DNA of 64,000 nt from assembly GCA_965249485.1 (NCBI GenBank), contig OZ252239.1, positions 384,001 through 448,000 on the forward strand, given 5' to 3'. A program made the translations under genes and the position numbers. Under the pieces are notes generated by a model. It searched no databases, was not told the DNA's origin, and saw nothing but the letters and a program-made list of their open reading frames with translations. Positions 21,176 through 31,582 of the stretch are shown here, one piece after another; within the stretch, counting starts at the first letter, position 1; each line of letters begins with the position of its first letter. This DNA is from a bacterium. GTDB lineage: Bacteria > SM23-31.

Positions 21176-21898
21176 ATGTCTAACACTCCTCAGGTGAATT
21201 TTTTCTCACCACAAACCGAACACGCCCGTCAAAACAAAAAGATCATTCTTACGTTTGTTACGATTTGGGCTGTTGCTGTTTTCGGTTTTCAGTTCCTATT
21301 AATGGTGCTAAACACACCAACTCCTGAAGCAAACTACACTAAATTTGAGAAACTTTGGCCGCAGGTTCAGGTCGAAAATCCCTCAGATGCGAATTTGCAG
21401 GATTTTAGTAAAGTTGTACTTTCTGTTCTCGGTAAAAACATTGCACTAAAACCGGAGCATAAAAGTACTCTTTCCGAAACATTATGCTGGAACGTAAACA
21501 GCATACTCCCGGATACTCAAAAAGAATCGTTTATCAGTTTTGCAAAAAGCAATGATGGTTATTCTAGGAATACCGAAGTAATTGCAAATGTGACTCAAGC
21601 TTTAAATTTAAAACCCGAAGGTTTTGAAAAACTGATGATAAACTTATTGCCAACATCCCTGATGTCGCAAAATCCGGCAGAACTTTCATTAACTGCAATG
21701 ACCGATCTTCCCGGAATTATGAAATTGTACCTTGTTCATAATCAGAACTTTTTTACTGACTTCAAATTTATGGGATTTCCTTTTCACTACTGGTACACAG
21801 CACAATTTCTGCTAATATTGTTTGTGGGATTGTGCTTGTCTTACGTAGTACTAATTGAAAAACTTAACAAGGAATACAACCTTTTTGAAGACGAATAA
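21176..21898 (+). CDS. DUF4212-like small partner of the solute symporter, with a large soluble insertion
   Basis: N-terminal TM (IWAVAVFG) and C-terminal FMGFPFHYWYTAQ-TM typical of DUF4212; directly upstream of the symporter. Confidence 0.7.
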   Translation: MSNTPQVNFFSPQTEHARQNKKIILTFVTIWAVAVFGFQFLLMVLNTPTPEANYTKFEKLWPQVQVENPSDANLQDFSKVVLSVLGKNIALKPEHKSTLSETLCWNVNSILPDTQKESFISFAKSNDGYSRNTEVIANVTQALNLKPEGFEKLMINLLPTSLMSQNPAELSLTAMTDLPGIMKLYLVHNQNFFTDFKFMGFPFHYWYTAQFLLILFVGLCLSYVVLIEKLNKEYNLFEDE

Positions 21899-21933
21899 AT
21901 CCAATGAGTTTGATTTTATAAAAGGAGATAATT

Positions 21934-23610
21934 TTGAATTCATTTAAGAAGTTTTTTATGATATTACTATTTGTTGCATTTAGTACAAGCTCTGCTTTTG
22001 CACAGGCCGCAAATACGCTTGAGGGAGATTATAAAACAGGTCCGGCAATTATTTTGATTTTTATGCTTTGTATTTTTCTAGCTGTAGGTTTTATGAATAG
22101 AGCAAAAGATACCTCAACATACTGGGCAGCCGGAAGAAAAATATCACCAGTGGGCTCAGGAATGGCAATTGCATCTAACTGGATGAGTGCTGCTTCCTTT
22201 CTTGGAATGGCAGCGATGATGTATGGATCGGGATATCACGGTTTATCGTACGTTGTTGGCTGGACAGGCGGATACGTTCTTCTACTAGTTCTAATGGCAG
22301 GACAGATTCGAAGATATGGTAAATTTACGGCTGCTGATTTTATTGGGGACAGGTACTATTCGCAAAAATTAAGAGCAGTAGGCGCTTTTTTAACCATCTT
22401 TATTTCATTTTCATATTGTGTCGGACAGTTCGCTGGTATCGGACTTATGTTCAAATGGATTTTTGGAATACCTACTGCATGGGCTGTTGTTATTGGTGCT
22501 TCCGTGGTATTATCATATACTTTAATATCAGGTATGCTAGGAGTAACCAAAAACATGCAGATACAGTATTTGATCATCATTATATCATTTATAATTCCAT
22601 TGTTTATCCTCACTTATAAATATGGTTACTTTTTTATGGTTCCGCAAGTAGGTTACGGCTCTGTAGTTTCAGATGTAGTTTCCGGATTAGCTCCCGGTAA
22701 AGGATTAACTGCCATGGGGCATGATTTTGGGATATTGCCATCACCGGAATTTGCTATGCCGTGGGACCCGGCAACAGGAATGAGCGCCTTCCAGTGGATA
22801 GCAATCTGTTTTTCTCTTATGATTGGTACAGCGGGTCTTCCACATGTTATTCAGAGATTTTACGTTGTTCCAAACGCAAAAGATGCAAGAAGATCGGTTG
22901 TGTGGGGACTATTTTTTATCTGTATCCTTTACTGGAGTGCACCGGTTTATTCCGCTTTCGGAAAGATGTTGTCATCAGATCCAGAGGTAGGAATGTTAGC
23001 CAAAGATGCTATTGTCGTTTACACTGCACAGCTTGGAGATTTATTCCCACTCGTTGTTGGATTGTTGGCGGCCGGAGCTGCTTCCGCCGCATTTTCAACG
23101 GTATCAGGATTGCTAGTTGCAGGAGCCTCGGCTTTTTCACATGACTTGTACTACAAAGTTATCAATCCATATGCAACCGAAGCAAAGCAAATGTTAACGG
23201 CTCGCCTAGCAACTATTTTTATGGCAGCAGGTGTAGCGATAATTGCTCTTATGAACCTGGGGCTTATTGCCCAGTTGGTGGCGCTGGCATTTTCACTTGC
23301 CGGATGTACGATATTCCCATTGTTTCTACTTGGAATTTGGTGGGGAGGTTCGAATAGAACAGGTGCTTGGGCCGGTCTTGCCGCAGGTGGTTCGGTTTCA
23401 ATGATAGCCTTGGTTTACTTCAATGTAGGAAATATGGGCGGAACGTTACCTTTCCACGGTTTCATTACATATTATCTGAATGCCTGGTACTTTGCATGGT
23501 TAGGTGCTCCATTGGCGATAATATTTAATATTATCTTCTCGAAATTGAGCAACGATAAAACACCTGACGATGTACAGGAACTTCTCGCAAAACAAGTGCA
23601 CAATTATTAA
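21934..23610 (+). CDS. sodium:solute symporter (ActP/VC_2705-like)
   Basis: GMAIASNWMSAASFLG, GWTGGY.L, GKFT..DFIGDRY, GTAGLPH.I.RFY, AAFSTVSGLL, HDLYY. Confidence 0.9.
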   Translation: MNSFKKFFMILLFVAFSTSSAFAQAANTLEGDYKTGPAIILIFMLCIFLAVGFMNRAKDTSTYWAAGRKISPVGSGMAIASNWMSAASFLGMAAMMYGSGYHGLSYVVGWTGGYVLLLVLMAGQIRRYGKFTAADFIGDRYYSQKLRAVGAFLTIFISFSYCVGQFAGIGLMFKWIFGIPTAWAVVIGASVVLSYTLISGMLGVTKNMQIQYLIIIISFIIPLFILTYKYGYFFMVPQVGYGSVVSDVVSGLAPGKGLTAMGHDFGILPSPEFAMPWDPATGMSAFQWIAICFSLMIGTAGLPHVIQRFYVVPNAKDARRSVVWGLFFICILYWSAPVYSAFGKMLSSDPEVGMLAKDAIVVYTAQLGDLFPLVVGLLAAGAASAAFSTVSGLLVAGASAFSHDLYYKVINPYATEAKQMLTARLATIFMAAGVAIIALMNLGLIAQLVALAFSLAGCTIFPLFLLGIWWGGSNRTGAWAGLAAGGSVSMIALVYFNVGNMGGTLPFHGFITYYLNAWYFAWLGAPLAIIFNIIFSKLSNDKTPDDVQELLAKQVHNY

Positions 23611-23636
23611 TAATGTAATAAAACTGTAATAAATTT

Positions 23637-23668
23637 AACGGGGGCAGAAATGCTCCTGTTTTCTTTTT
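23637..23668 (+). terminator. intrinsic terminator
   Basis: AACGGGGGCA-GAAA-TGCTCCTGTT followed by a T-rich tract. Confidence 0.7.
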
Positions 23669-23890
23669 ATAATTCAGCAGTCTTTTCTTGCTTGTCGGCT
23701 TATTTGTGAATTCGCAGAAGAAAGCACACTATTTCCAATAGTAAGAGACCAAAAACAGCGTAAAGAATATCAAAAGAATTACGAAAAACAAAAGATAATT
23801 ATCTTTTACAATTCAATTCTTAACTTGAACGGATCAAGTATTACCATATTTAATTATACTAATATTTCTCATTGAGGATTCATTATAATT

Positions 23891-24001
23891 ATGATCGGAA
23901 AAACTATATTACATTACAAAATCATCGAAGAACTTGGCAATGGCGGGATGGGTGTGGTGTATAAAGCTGAAGACACCAATTGTTTAGGAAATTTGGCATA
24001 G
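23891..24001 (+). pseudogene. N-terminal fragment of a Hanks-type Ser/Thr protein kinase
   Basis: [29 protein letters not shown] (subdomain I Gly loop), then a stop after 36 codons. Confidence 0.8.
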
Positions 24002-24168
24002 TTGAAAATCCGAAAGTGTCCATGTAGTGTCCACTTTTTTGTGAAAGATAGTGAAGTCTAGGGGGAATCTAGCTGTTCAATAATCCTCATAACTCTTTAT
24101 ACAGCACTATTTTACGCACAAAATACAAAATCATCAAAAAATACGGGATAGTTTCCCGCCGTCTCCAC

Positions 24169-24208
24169 AATATAGAAATGCTGTAATTTATTACAGCATT
24201 TCTATATT
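24169..24208 (+). terminator. long perfect hairpin just outside the duplicated ssrA end
   Basis: AATATAGAAATGCTGTAA-ttta-TTACAGCATTTCTATATT. Confidence 0.6.
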
Positions 24209-24672
24209 CTTACTATTATTGATCAATTTCAGAAAAGTGTTTTAAATCTCTCGCAATTTTTATAAATATCTTCTTATAAATCCTTTCTAACAATAATTTC
24301 AATATTTTTTGAAATATCCCAATGTGACTTACTATAAAGATGCAATTCGAGAAAAGAAATAAATTGATATTTTTAGTTGAAACTACGGAACTTTTTGTTT
24401 TTTAGTGAGTTAATTCAAGTGTATTTTTCAGGTTAATAAATCCAATCAAGATTACAGTATTAATTCTATTTCATGACATGATAAAATGATCAAACATCCT
24501 TCGTAAAATCTTACAGCAAGTAATTTGAATATATTTTGACTATCTTATATACTGTTATTGAGATTATAAGTACTGCACTTATTTTAATTTAAATTGAGTG
24601 TTGTTTTTTGATCGGAATACATTAATAATACAAATATCAAGATTGTCAATCATTCATTCTGGAGGGTAGCCC

Positions 24673-25425
24673 GTGAATCCTGTATCAAAAAATATCATGA
24701 TTGAAGCAAACGGTTTGAGTAAATACTATGGTCAATTTATTGCCATAAAAGACATTACGTTTTCTATACCTGAAGGTCAAATTGTCGCGTTTCTAGGTCC
24801 AAACGGCGCCGGAAAAACAACAACCATGAAGATTCTCAGTGGATTTTTGGCACCGACCTCAGGTACCCGAGCAATTGCCGGGCTTGATGTGCAAAGTGAC
24901 AGGCTTAATGTGGCGAAACAACTTGGGTATTTGCCTGAAAATGGTCCTCTGTACCAGGACATGACACCATTAGAGTTACTTTCCTTTTTTGGAGAAGTAC
25001 GGGGCCTTGAACCGGTAAAATGTAAGGAACGGATTGATTATGTTAACAAGTTGTGCTCTTTACAGGAAGTACTCGATAAACCGATCAATAAGCTCTCTCG
25101 AGGATATCGTCAACGTGTCGGTATGGCACAGACCCTGCTTCACGATCCGGATGTCTTGATTATGGATGAACCGACTGCAGGTTTAGATCCAAATCAAATT
25201 CGAGATTTTCGAACAAATGTTAAAGAGTTAAGAAAAACCAAAACTATCCTGATTTCCACGCACATATTACAGGAGGTTGATGTTATTGCCGATCGAGTGC
25301 TTTTAATAAATAATGGAAAACTCGTATTTGATGGAACACCGAACGAGTTAAAAGATAAAGAGTCTCTCGAGCAATCGTTTTACCGCTTAACTGAGAATCA
25401 TGTAGCATTGCAGGAGGGTAACTAA
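24673..25425 (+). CDS. ABC transporter ATP-binding protein (GldA-like)
   Basis: GPNGAGKTT Walker A, LSRGYRQRVG signature, IMDEPT Walker B, STH. Confidence 0.92.
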   Translation: MNPVSKNIMIEANGLSKYYGQFIAIKDITFSIPEGQIVAFLGPNGAGKTTTMKILSGFLAPTSGTRAIAGLDVQSDRLNVAKQLGYLPENGPLYQDMTPLELLSFFGEVRGLEPVKCKERIDYVNKLCSLQEVLDKPINKLSRGYRQRVGMAQTLLHDPDVLIMDEPTAGLDPNQIRDFRTNVKELRKTKTILISTHILQEVDVIADRVLLINNGKLVFDGTPNELKDKESLEQSFYRLTENHVALQEGN

Positions 25426-25427
25426 AT

Positions 25428-28103
25428 ATGAACCTCATAAAGTTACATGTCAATTGGAATATTGTTAAAGCTCTGGCTGTACGGGATTGTCGGTTATATT
25501 TTACCAATCCTACAGGCTATGTGTTTATTACGCTTTTTATTTTTTTAAGCGCCGCATCTTCATTCTGGCAGGAGCAATTTTTCTTAAACTTCCTTGCGAA
25601 TCTTGAACAGTTAAACAACTTCTTTCCCTATTTACTTTTACTATTTATTCCTGCATTAACAATGGGAGTCTGGGCAGATGAACGGAAGCAGGGTACTGAT
25701 GAACTACTCCTAACACTTCCCGGAACCGATTTGGAAATTGTTGTAGGTAAGTACTGTGCTATATTGGGGATTTATACTGTTGCATTAATCTTATCACTCA
25801 GTCATGTAATTGTCCTCATGTATTTAGGAAGCCCGGATTTGGGATTGATGTTAGGTAATTATCTTGGGTATTGGCTCATCGGCGCATCCTTTATTTCAGT
25901 TGGTATGCTTGCGTCGCTCCTTAGTCCGAATGCTACGATAGCATTTATACTTGGTGCTGCGTTATGTTCTTTTTTTACGTTTACAGAACAAATAAGCTCT
26001 ATTTTAGGCGAATATCTTCAACGATTGATTGTAGTTCTTGGTGTGACTGAATATTTTAATGATTTTTCCCGGGGTGTCATCAGCTTTTCCGGATTGCTTT
26101 ATTTTGTGTCTGTCGCAGGTATAATAATTTATTTTAACGTTCTTTTGATTGGCAGACGACACTGGCCTCTGGAAGCAGACGGGTATAAAATGTGGATTCA
26201 TCATACAGTACGTGCAACTTCAATTGTAGTTGCTGTTATTAGTCTCAATATACTATTAGGACGGGCAACACTTCGTCTTGATGTCACTGCTGAACGGCTC
26301 CATTCACTATCGAATAAAACAGAAGAACTTTTATCGGAGATCCCCAATAACCGTCCCGTTTTCATTCAGGCATTTATTAGTGATGAAGTTCCACAGCCTT
26401 TTGTACAAACTCGGGAAAATCTTATTGGATTTTTACGCGAAATCGATGCTTTGGCTGAAGAGAGAGTTGAAGTAATCATACATACTACAGAAATGTATTC
26501 TGATGAAGCACGTGATGCCCGTGAAAAATTTGGTATTGTACCACGTGACATACCCAGCCATGCAGGTGCTCGCCAACAATTGGCGAAAGTATTTATGGGA
26601 GTTGCTTTTACGAGTGGCGCAGAAGAGGAAGTCATACCGTTTTTTGATCGTGGTTTGCCTGTAGAATATGAACTAATCCGCAGTATCAGTATGGTATCAA
26701 GATCACAGCGCAAGCGAATCGGTGTGTTAAATACAGAAGCAAAAATATTTGGGGGATTTGACTACCAAACTATGAGAAGTGATCCGTCATGGGAGGTTGT
26801 TAGAGAATTGGAACGACAATACGAAGTGACACAAGTATCAGCTAATGAGTCCTCTACTGAAGAACTTGACGGATTATTAGTTGCGCTGCCTTCTACTCTT
26901 CCACAGGATCAAATGGATAATCTGGCGAACTATATTGAGGCTGGTATTCCAACACTTCTTTTAATTGATCCTTTACCTACGGTCAACATACAACTTGCAC
27001 CGATGGTACAACCCGGCGCAAATCAAAATCCGTTTATGCAGCAGCAACAGCCTCCTGTTGAAAAAGGTGATATAATGAGTTTTTTGCGTCGATTTGGTGT
27101 TAATTGGAGCATCTCCGCTATAGTATGGGACTCATACAATCCTCATCCATCAATGGCGGCTCTACCACCAGAAGTTAATTTTCTCAGTGCATCAAACAGC
27201 GCATCTCAGTCATTCAACATTGAACACGAATCTTCGTCAGGATTACAGGAATTAGTGATGTTGTATCCCGGAGCAATTGCTCCTGCAGCGGAAGCGAATT
27301 ATAATTTTACACCTCTCCTGAAAACAGGCAAAACAGGTGGTATGGTTGATTACCGTAATCTTGTTCAACGTACATTTTTTGGCGTGCAGCTCGTACAGGG
27401 GCTCCCGCATCACCCAACACCGTCTGAATATACAATGGCTGCAAATATAAAGGGCAATTATATTCCAAGCGACAGTACGAAAATGCCATCTGAAATTAAC
27501 CTCATTGTCATTGCGGATATTGATTTTATCTCAAGTCAGTTTTTTGAAATTCGGAAAGCTGGAATGGCCAATTTAAATTTCGACAATGTAACATTTTTCT
27601 TGAACTGCATTGATTTACTTATCGGAGACGCATCTTTTATCGACCTGCGAAAACGACGTGTCCGTCATCGTACTTTGGAGACATTAGAAACAAAGATGCG
27701 CATATTTGAGGAGCAACGCATTGAAAACGAACAATTTGCTGAACAGGAGGCTCAAGGAGCGCTTAACCAGGCTCAGCAGCGACTAAACCAAAAAGTCGCT
27801 GAAGTACAACAGCGAATCGATCTTGACGCACAAACCAAACAGATTATGGCTCGTAATCTTCAGGAAGTTGAAAATAGGCGGTTTGAAGCATTGAAATCAC
27901 AAATTGAATCTGATAAGGAAGCACAGATTTCACGGAGCCAGGAAGAGATGGAAGCCCAGGTACTATCGATTCAAAATAATATTAAAAGTATGGCTGCCTT
28001 AATTCCTCCTATTCCTGTTCTTTTAATGGGTATTTATATATTTATGCGAAGAAAAAAACGGGAACAAGAAGGTGCATTACAAGAAAGAAAATTGAGGAGT
28101 TGA
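25428..28103 (+). CDS. fused ABC-2 permease / GldG-like auxiliary domain protein
   Basis: P.GYVFI..F, WADERKQGTDELLLT, RLDVT....HSLS, GLPVEYEL, IADIDF, N..FFLNCID; C-terminal coiled coil and TM. Confidence 0.85.
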   Translation: MNLIKLHVNWNIVKALAVRDCRLYFTNPTGYVFITLFIFLSAASSFWQEQFFLNFLANLEQLNNFFPYLLLLFIPALTMGVWADERKQGTDELLLTLPGTDLEIVVGKYCAILGIYTVALILSLSHVIVLMYLGSPDLGLMLGNYLGYWLIGASFISVGMLASLLSPNATIAFILGAALCSFFTFTEQISSILGEYLQRLIVVLGVTEYFNDFSRGVISFSGLLYFVSVAGIIIYFNVLLIGRRHWPLEADGYKMWIHHTVRATSIVVAVISLNILLGRATLRLDVTAERLHSLSNKTEELLSEIPNNRPVFIQAFISDEVPQPFVQTRENLIGFLREIDALAEERVEVIIHTTEMYSDEARDAREKFGIVPRDIPSHAGARQQLAKVFMGVAFTSGAEEEVIPFFDRGLPVEYELIRSISMVSRSQRKRIGVLNTEAKIFGGFDYQTMRSDPSWEVVRELERQYEVTQVSANESSTEELDGLLVALPSTLPQDQMDNLANYIEAGIPTLLLIDPLPTVNIQLAPMVQPGANQNPFMQQQQPPVEKGDIMSFLRRFGVNWSISAIVWDSYNPHPSMAALPPEVNFLSASNSASQSFNIEHESSSGLQELVMLYPGAIAPAAEANYNFTPLLKTGKTGGMVDYRNLVQRTFFGVQLVQGLPHHPTPSEYTMAANIKGNYIPSDSTKMPSEINLIVIADIDFISSQFFEIRKAGMANLNFDNVTFFLNCIDLLIGDASFIDLRKRRVRHRTLETLETKMRIFEEQRIENEQFAEQEAQGALNQAQQRLNQKVAEVQQRIDLDAQTKQIMARNLQEVENRRFEALKSQIESDKEAQISRSQEEMEAQVLSIQNNIKSMAALIPPIPVLLMGIYIFMRRKKREQEGALQERKLRS

Positions 28104-28106
28104 GCT

Positions 28107-29483
28107 ATGAGCGACTATAAAATGACAGTTACATTTAGTGGAGCAGCATTTTTTCTGGCACTTTTGGCATTTATTACCTCTCCCAGTGCTGTGACGCCAG
28201 ATGCATTTTTTGATCAGGGTGAAGAAATCTTTCCCGATTTTACCGATCCTAACGAAGCAACATCTCTCGAAGTTATTGGATACAATGAGGAAACTGGTTC
28301 CCCTATTCCTTTTAAAATAATGTTTACAAAAAACAAATGGACGATCCCTTCTCATTACGAATATCCGGCAGATGGAAAAGACAGGCTTGCAAAAACGGCA
28401 GCGGGTGTTATTGGAATTAAAAAAGATGACTTCAGAACTGATAATCCGGCTGATCATGAGGTATGTGGTGTGATTGATCCCCTTAATGAAACTGCTACAT
28501 CATTAGCTGGCCGGGGACAAAGGATCACCATAAAAAATGCTAATGACAAAATACTTGCTGACATTATTGTTGGTAATAAAGTAGAAAATCGCCCCGATTT
28601 TCGGTTTGTTCGCTTACCAGATCAAAAGCGTGTATATTCTGTCCGCATGAACATTGACCTATCGACACAATTTAAGGATTGGATAGAGTCCGATTTGATG
28701 CAGGTAGAGCAGAATAAAATCAACAATGTTATTCTACAAGACTATTCAATCAATGAACAGACACGCCAAATTGTTCAAAATGACATTGTTACTCTAACAA
28801 AAGATGGAAGTAATTGGTCTACCGGTCAACTGAGAAGTACGCAAGAAATTGACAAAACAAAAATAAATTCCTTTTTAAGTGCTCTGGATAATTTGTCAAT
28901 TGTCGGAGTACGACCAAAACCTGCAGGATTAACTGCAGCACTCTCACAATCCGCTAATGACATTAAAATTAACCAGAGTGATGCTCAATCACTTCAAAGT
29001 AAAGGGTATTTTTTTGCGAGAGATGGTAGTTTACGGTCTAATGAAGGTGAAATACGGGTATATACCGATGATGGTATAATATATACTCTTCGGTTCGGAG
29101 AAATAGTATTCGGTACCGGCCTTGCTGTTTCGGCAGGTTCCGGCGTTGAAGAAATGAAGGAAGAAACAGGAGAAAACAGATATCTTTTTATTTCTTCAAG
29201 TTTTAATGCAAACCAATTTTCCGAATCGCCCCAACCAGCAAATCTATCATTTGAATCGACTCCGGATAGCCTGTGGACCAATAACGATCGGCAGAATAAA
29301 AATCTCAAGGATGAACATGATAAATGGATTGAAAACGTTGAAAAAGGAACCACCTTATCACGGGAACTGAACCAAAGATTCGCGCAATGGTACTATGTCA
29401 TATCATCGGATATATTTGACAAACTGGATCTTTCGAGAGATGATTTTATTAAAGAAAAAGACCCGGCAAGTACTGATTCATAA
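28107..29483 (+). CDS. DUF4340 domain protein
   Basis: N-terminal TM, WTIPSH..YPAD, IIVG....RFVR; usual third gene of Gld-type ABC operons. Confidence 0.75.
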   Translation: MSDYKMTVTFSGAAFFLALLAFITSPSAVTPDAFFDQGEEIFPDFTDPNEATSLEVIGYNEETGSPIPFKIMFTKNKWTIPSHYEYPADGKDRLAKTAAGVIGIKKDDFRTDNPADHEVCGVIDPLNETATSLAGRGQRITIKNANDKILADIIVGNKVENRPDFRFVRLPDQKRVYSVRMNIDLSTQFKDWIESDLMQVEQNKINNVILQDYSINEQTRQIVQNDIVTLTKDGSNWSTGQLRSTQEIDKTKINSFLSALDNLSIVGVRPKPAGLTAALSQSANDIKINQSDAQSLQSKGYFFARDGSLRSNEGEIRVYTDDGIIYTLRFGEIVFGTGLAVSAGSGVEEMKEETGENRYLFISSSFNANQFSESPQPANLSFESTPDSLWTNNDRQNKNLKDEHDKWIENVEKGTTLSRELNQRFAQWYYVISSDIFDKLDLSRDDFIKEKDPASTDS

Positions 29484-30071
29484 ATGCTTATATAATTTTA
29501 GCAATTCCCAATAGTCTGATTGATTTATCTAAAATATTGAACAAAACTGCATTGAAAGCATAAGGTTCATGTGACAAATTTGTTACATTGTGAATGATAC
29601 TTTCTATTGCTTCCTGTTGTGTTATGTCGTATCCACCACGAGCATTTATATATTGTTAAAATTCCGTATCTTCACGGCAATGTAATAAATCCTATGTGTC
29701 GTAAACGTGATATATCAACAGCTTCTTTTTTTACATTTCGACATTTTTAACTATTGTGTATCTTCCCATTTCTATTTAATTCTTTTTCATCAATATTATT
29801 CAACTCCTCAGCTTAATTCTGATAGCATTGATCGGAAAAACTGCACTGTTCCCAGAAAATATTTTAATACCGTTATAAACTGTTTTTCGATTGTAAATAG
29901 AAGGTTCATTTGTTAGATTACACCCCTTATTTTAAAAAAACCATATCAAACACTTTCAAAAAAATGATATGGAAAAATTAGAAATTACTTATTTTATATA
30001 AATGTTACTGTGTACTGTAAATATTTTTCTTCTTTGTGTTGATAGAATATCGGAAGTAATGTGAACGTTAA

Positions 30072-30908
30072 ATGGAAAAATCTTATTATAAATTTTACCG
30101 AGATTTAGGAGAACATTTTCCCGAGGAAGAAATTGTATATAAAACTCTTCGTGGAAAGATGCGAAAAAAGTTTATCCTCAATTATATTAAATGTCTTAAA
30201 GGGACGCTTCTCGATATTGGCTGTAACAAAGGACTCTATATTGCGAATTATATTGGTGGTTCGGCCGTGGGGATTGATCTTTCATCGCATGTATTGCAAT
30301 ACGTATTAAAACGTGAAAGGCAAAGTGATTTTCCTGTATTCTGCGTCGTGGGCGATGCTGAAGATGTTAATTTTTTAAAAAAAGGAACGTTCGATCATAT
30401 AATATGCTCCGAAGTTCTAGAACATGTTTATAATCCGTGGAAAGTAATTTCAGGTATCGCTTCCATTTTAAAACCGGGCGGTTCTGTGCTGATTACAACA
30501 CCCAATTATAAAAATAAAAAACCGAATTATATTAATAGTTCTTATTTAGAAAAATTCGGCATAGAAGGCATGAAAGACGGTTCCTATTATCATACCGCTT
30601 TTAAACCAGAGGAGATCGCCGTTATGTTTGCAGAATGCGGGCTGAATATCGTCGATAAAGGAACCCTGGAGCAGGAAGTGAAATGCTCTACACGGATACC
30701 CGCTCTTCTCTGTTATACCATTCATTATATGAATAAATTTAGTATTAAGAGTAGAAAGATAGACGAATGGAACGGAATTGTGTTGGATTTATTTTCGCAG
30801 GGTTTCTATTATCTGGCGCGATTTCTTCAGATAGACTCTTTGCTCAAGAGGATCTATCATGAAGGTGTAAGATCTTTTGTTATAGCGAGAAAACCTCAAC
30901 AGGTATAG
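30072..30908 (+). CDS. class I SAM-dependent methyltransferase
   Basis: LLDIGCNKG, GDAE, SEVLEHV, LKPGG..LITTPN. Confidence 0.85.
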   Translation: MEKSYYKFYRDLGEHFPEEEIVYKTLRGKMRKKFILNYIKCLKGTLLDIGCNKGLYIANYIGGSAVGIDLSSHVLQYVLKRERQSDFPVFCVVGDAEDVNFLKKGTFDHIICSEVLEHVYNPWKVISGIASILKPGGSVLITTPNYKNKKPNYINSSYLEKFGIEGMKDGSYYHTAFKPEEIAVMFAECGLNIVDKGTLEQEVKCSTRIPALLCYTIHYMNKFSIKSRKIDEWNGIVLDLFSQGFYYLARFLQIDSLLKRIYHEGVRSFVIARKPQQV

Positions 30909-31070
30909 TTGTTTACGGAATTTATTTTCTACTCAGAACCTTTGCATGGTGAATAAGCATGGTATTGAACAATAAATTCAAAAAGAAGTCACTATTAATT
31001 CATTGAGTAAGACTGGCAAGATTACCAAAAATAACGTAACAACTAAAATTGTCGATTAAACTGAAGGTTT

Positions 31071-31093
31071 GTACCGAAGGGGGGACTCGAACC
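31071..31093 (-). other. 3' fragment of a tRNA (Leu-like); probable att-site remnant
   Basis: Reverse complement GGTTCGAGTCCCCCCTTCGGTAC = T-arm plus acceptor 3' strand (would pair with 5' GCCGAAG); no 5' half adjacent. Confidence 0.7.
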
Positions 31094-31253
31094 GAAATTA
31101 TTTATCAAATGAAAACATTCTATTAGAAGTTCTGTCTTTTAACCAGTTCTCTCCACCATACATCCCTTATTATACAAAGCGAAGTTACAGCAATTTGCAT
31201 CTTCGCTTCTTTTCAAGGACGACTAAATATTTCTCGTAACTTATATTATTGTC

Positions 31254-31282
31254 TTGACTAAAGGTTATATTATGCCTATAAT
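31254..31282 (+). promoter_or_regulatory. sigma70 promoter of csp copy 1
   Basis: TTGACT-N17-TATAAT; copy 2 has TTGACT-N17-TATATC at 33115-33143. Confidence 0.7.
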
Positions 31283-31350
31283 ATATGTCTAAAGTTTTTT
31301 AGCATACAATTTATTAGTAACATTAACAAATAGTTGTAAGGAGTTGTACA

Positions 31351-31554
31351 GTGGCAAAAGGTAAAGTAAAATGGTTTAATGACAGTAAAGGTTTTGGTTT
31401 CATCACATAAGATAACGGTGAATCAGATGTCTTTGTTCATCATACTGAAATAGCTGGCGAAGGTTTTAAAAGCCTTAGCGAAGGTGATGATGTTGAATTT
31501 GAAATTACAGATGGTCCAAAAGGAGCACAGGCAAGTAATTGTGTAAGATTGTAA
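31351..31554 (+). pseudogene. cold-shock protein pseudogene
   Basis: Near-identical to 33211-33414, but codon 20 is TAA (31408-31410) where copy 2 has CAA. Confidence 0.9.
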
Positions 31555-31582
31555 GCTAAGCATTAAAACCATACGTAATGAG

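Larger units (their letters stand above)
20842..24168. mobile_element. integrase-less genomic islet integrated at the ssrA 3' end
   Basis: TCCCGCCGTCTCCAC is identical at 20842-20856 and 24154-24168; AGTGTCCA-like tandem repeats near both ends; AT-rich cargo. Confidence 0.8.

Noticed and set aside
24673..29483. Evidence for gliding motility
   Set aside because: GldA/F/G-like ABC operons with DUF4340 are widespread in non-gliding bacteria; no other gld or spr genes are present.
31071..31093. Complete tRNA gene
   Set aside because: Only the T-arm and acceptor 3' strand are present; no D or anticodon arm.
31149..31158. TCTCCAC(CA) in elements 1 and 3 as extra ssrA att cores
   Set aside because: The match is only 7-9 bp; suggestive because similar GTAAC...GTTAC hairpin remnants follow, but too short to support a call.
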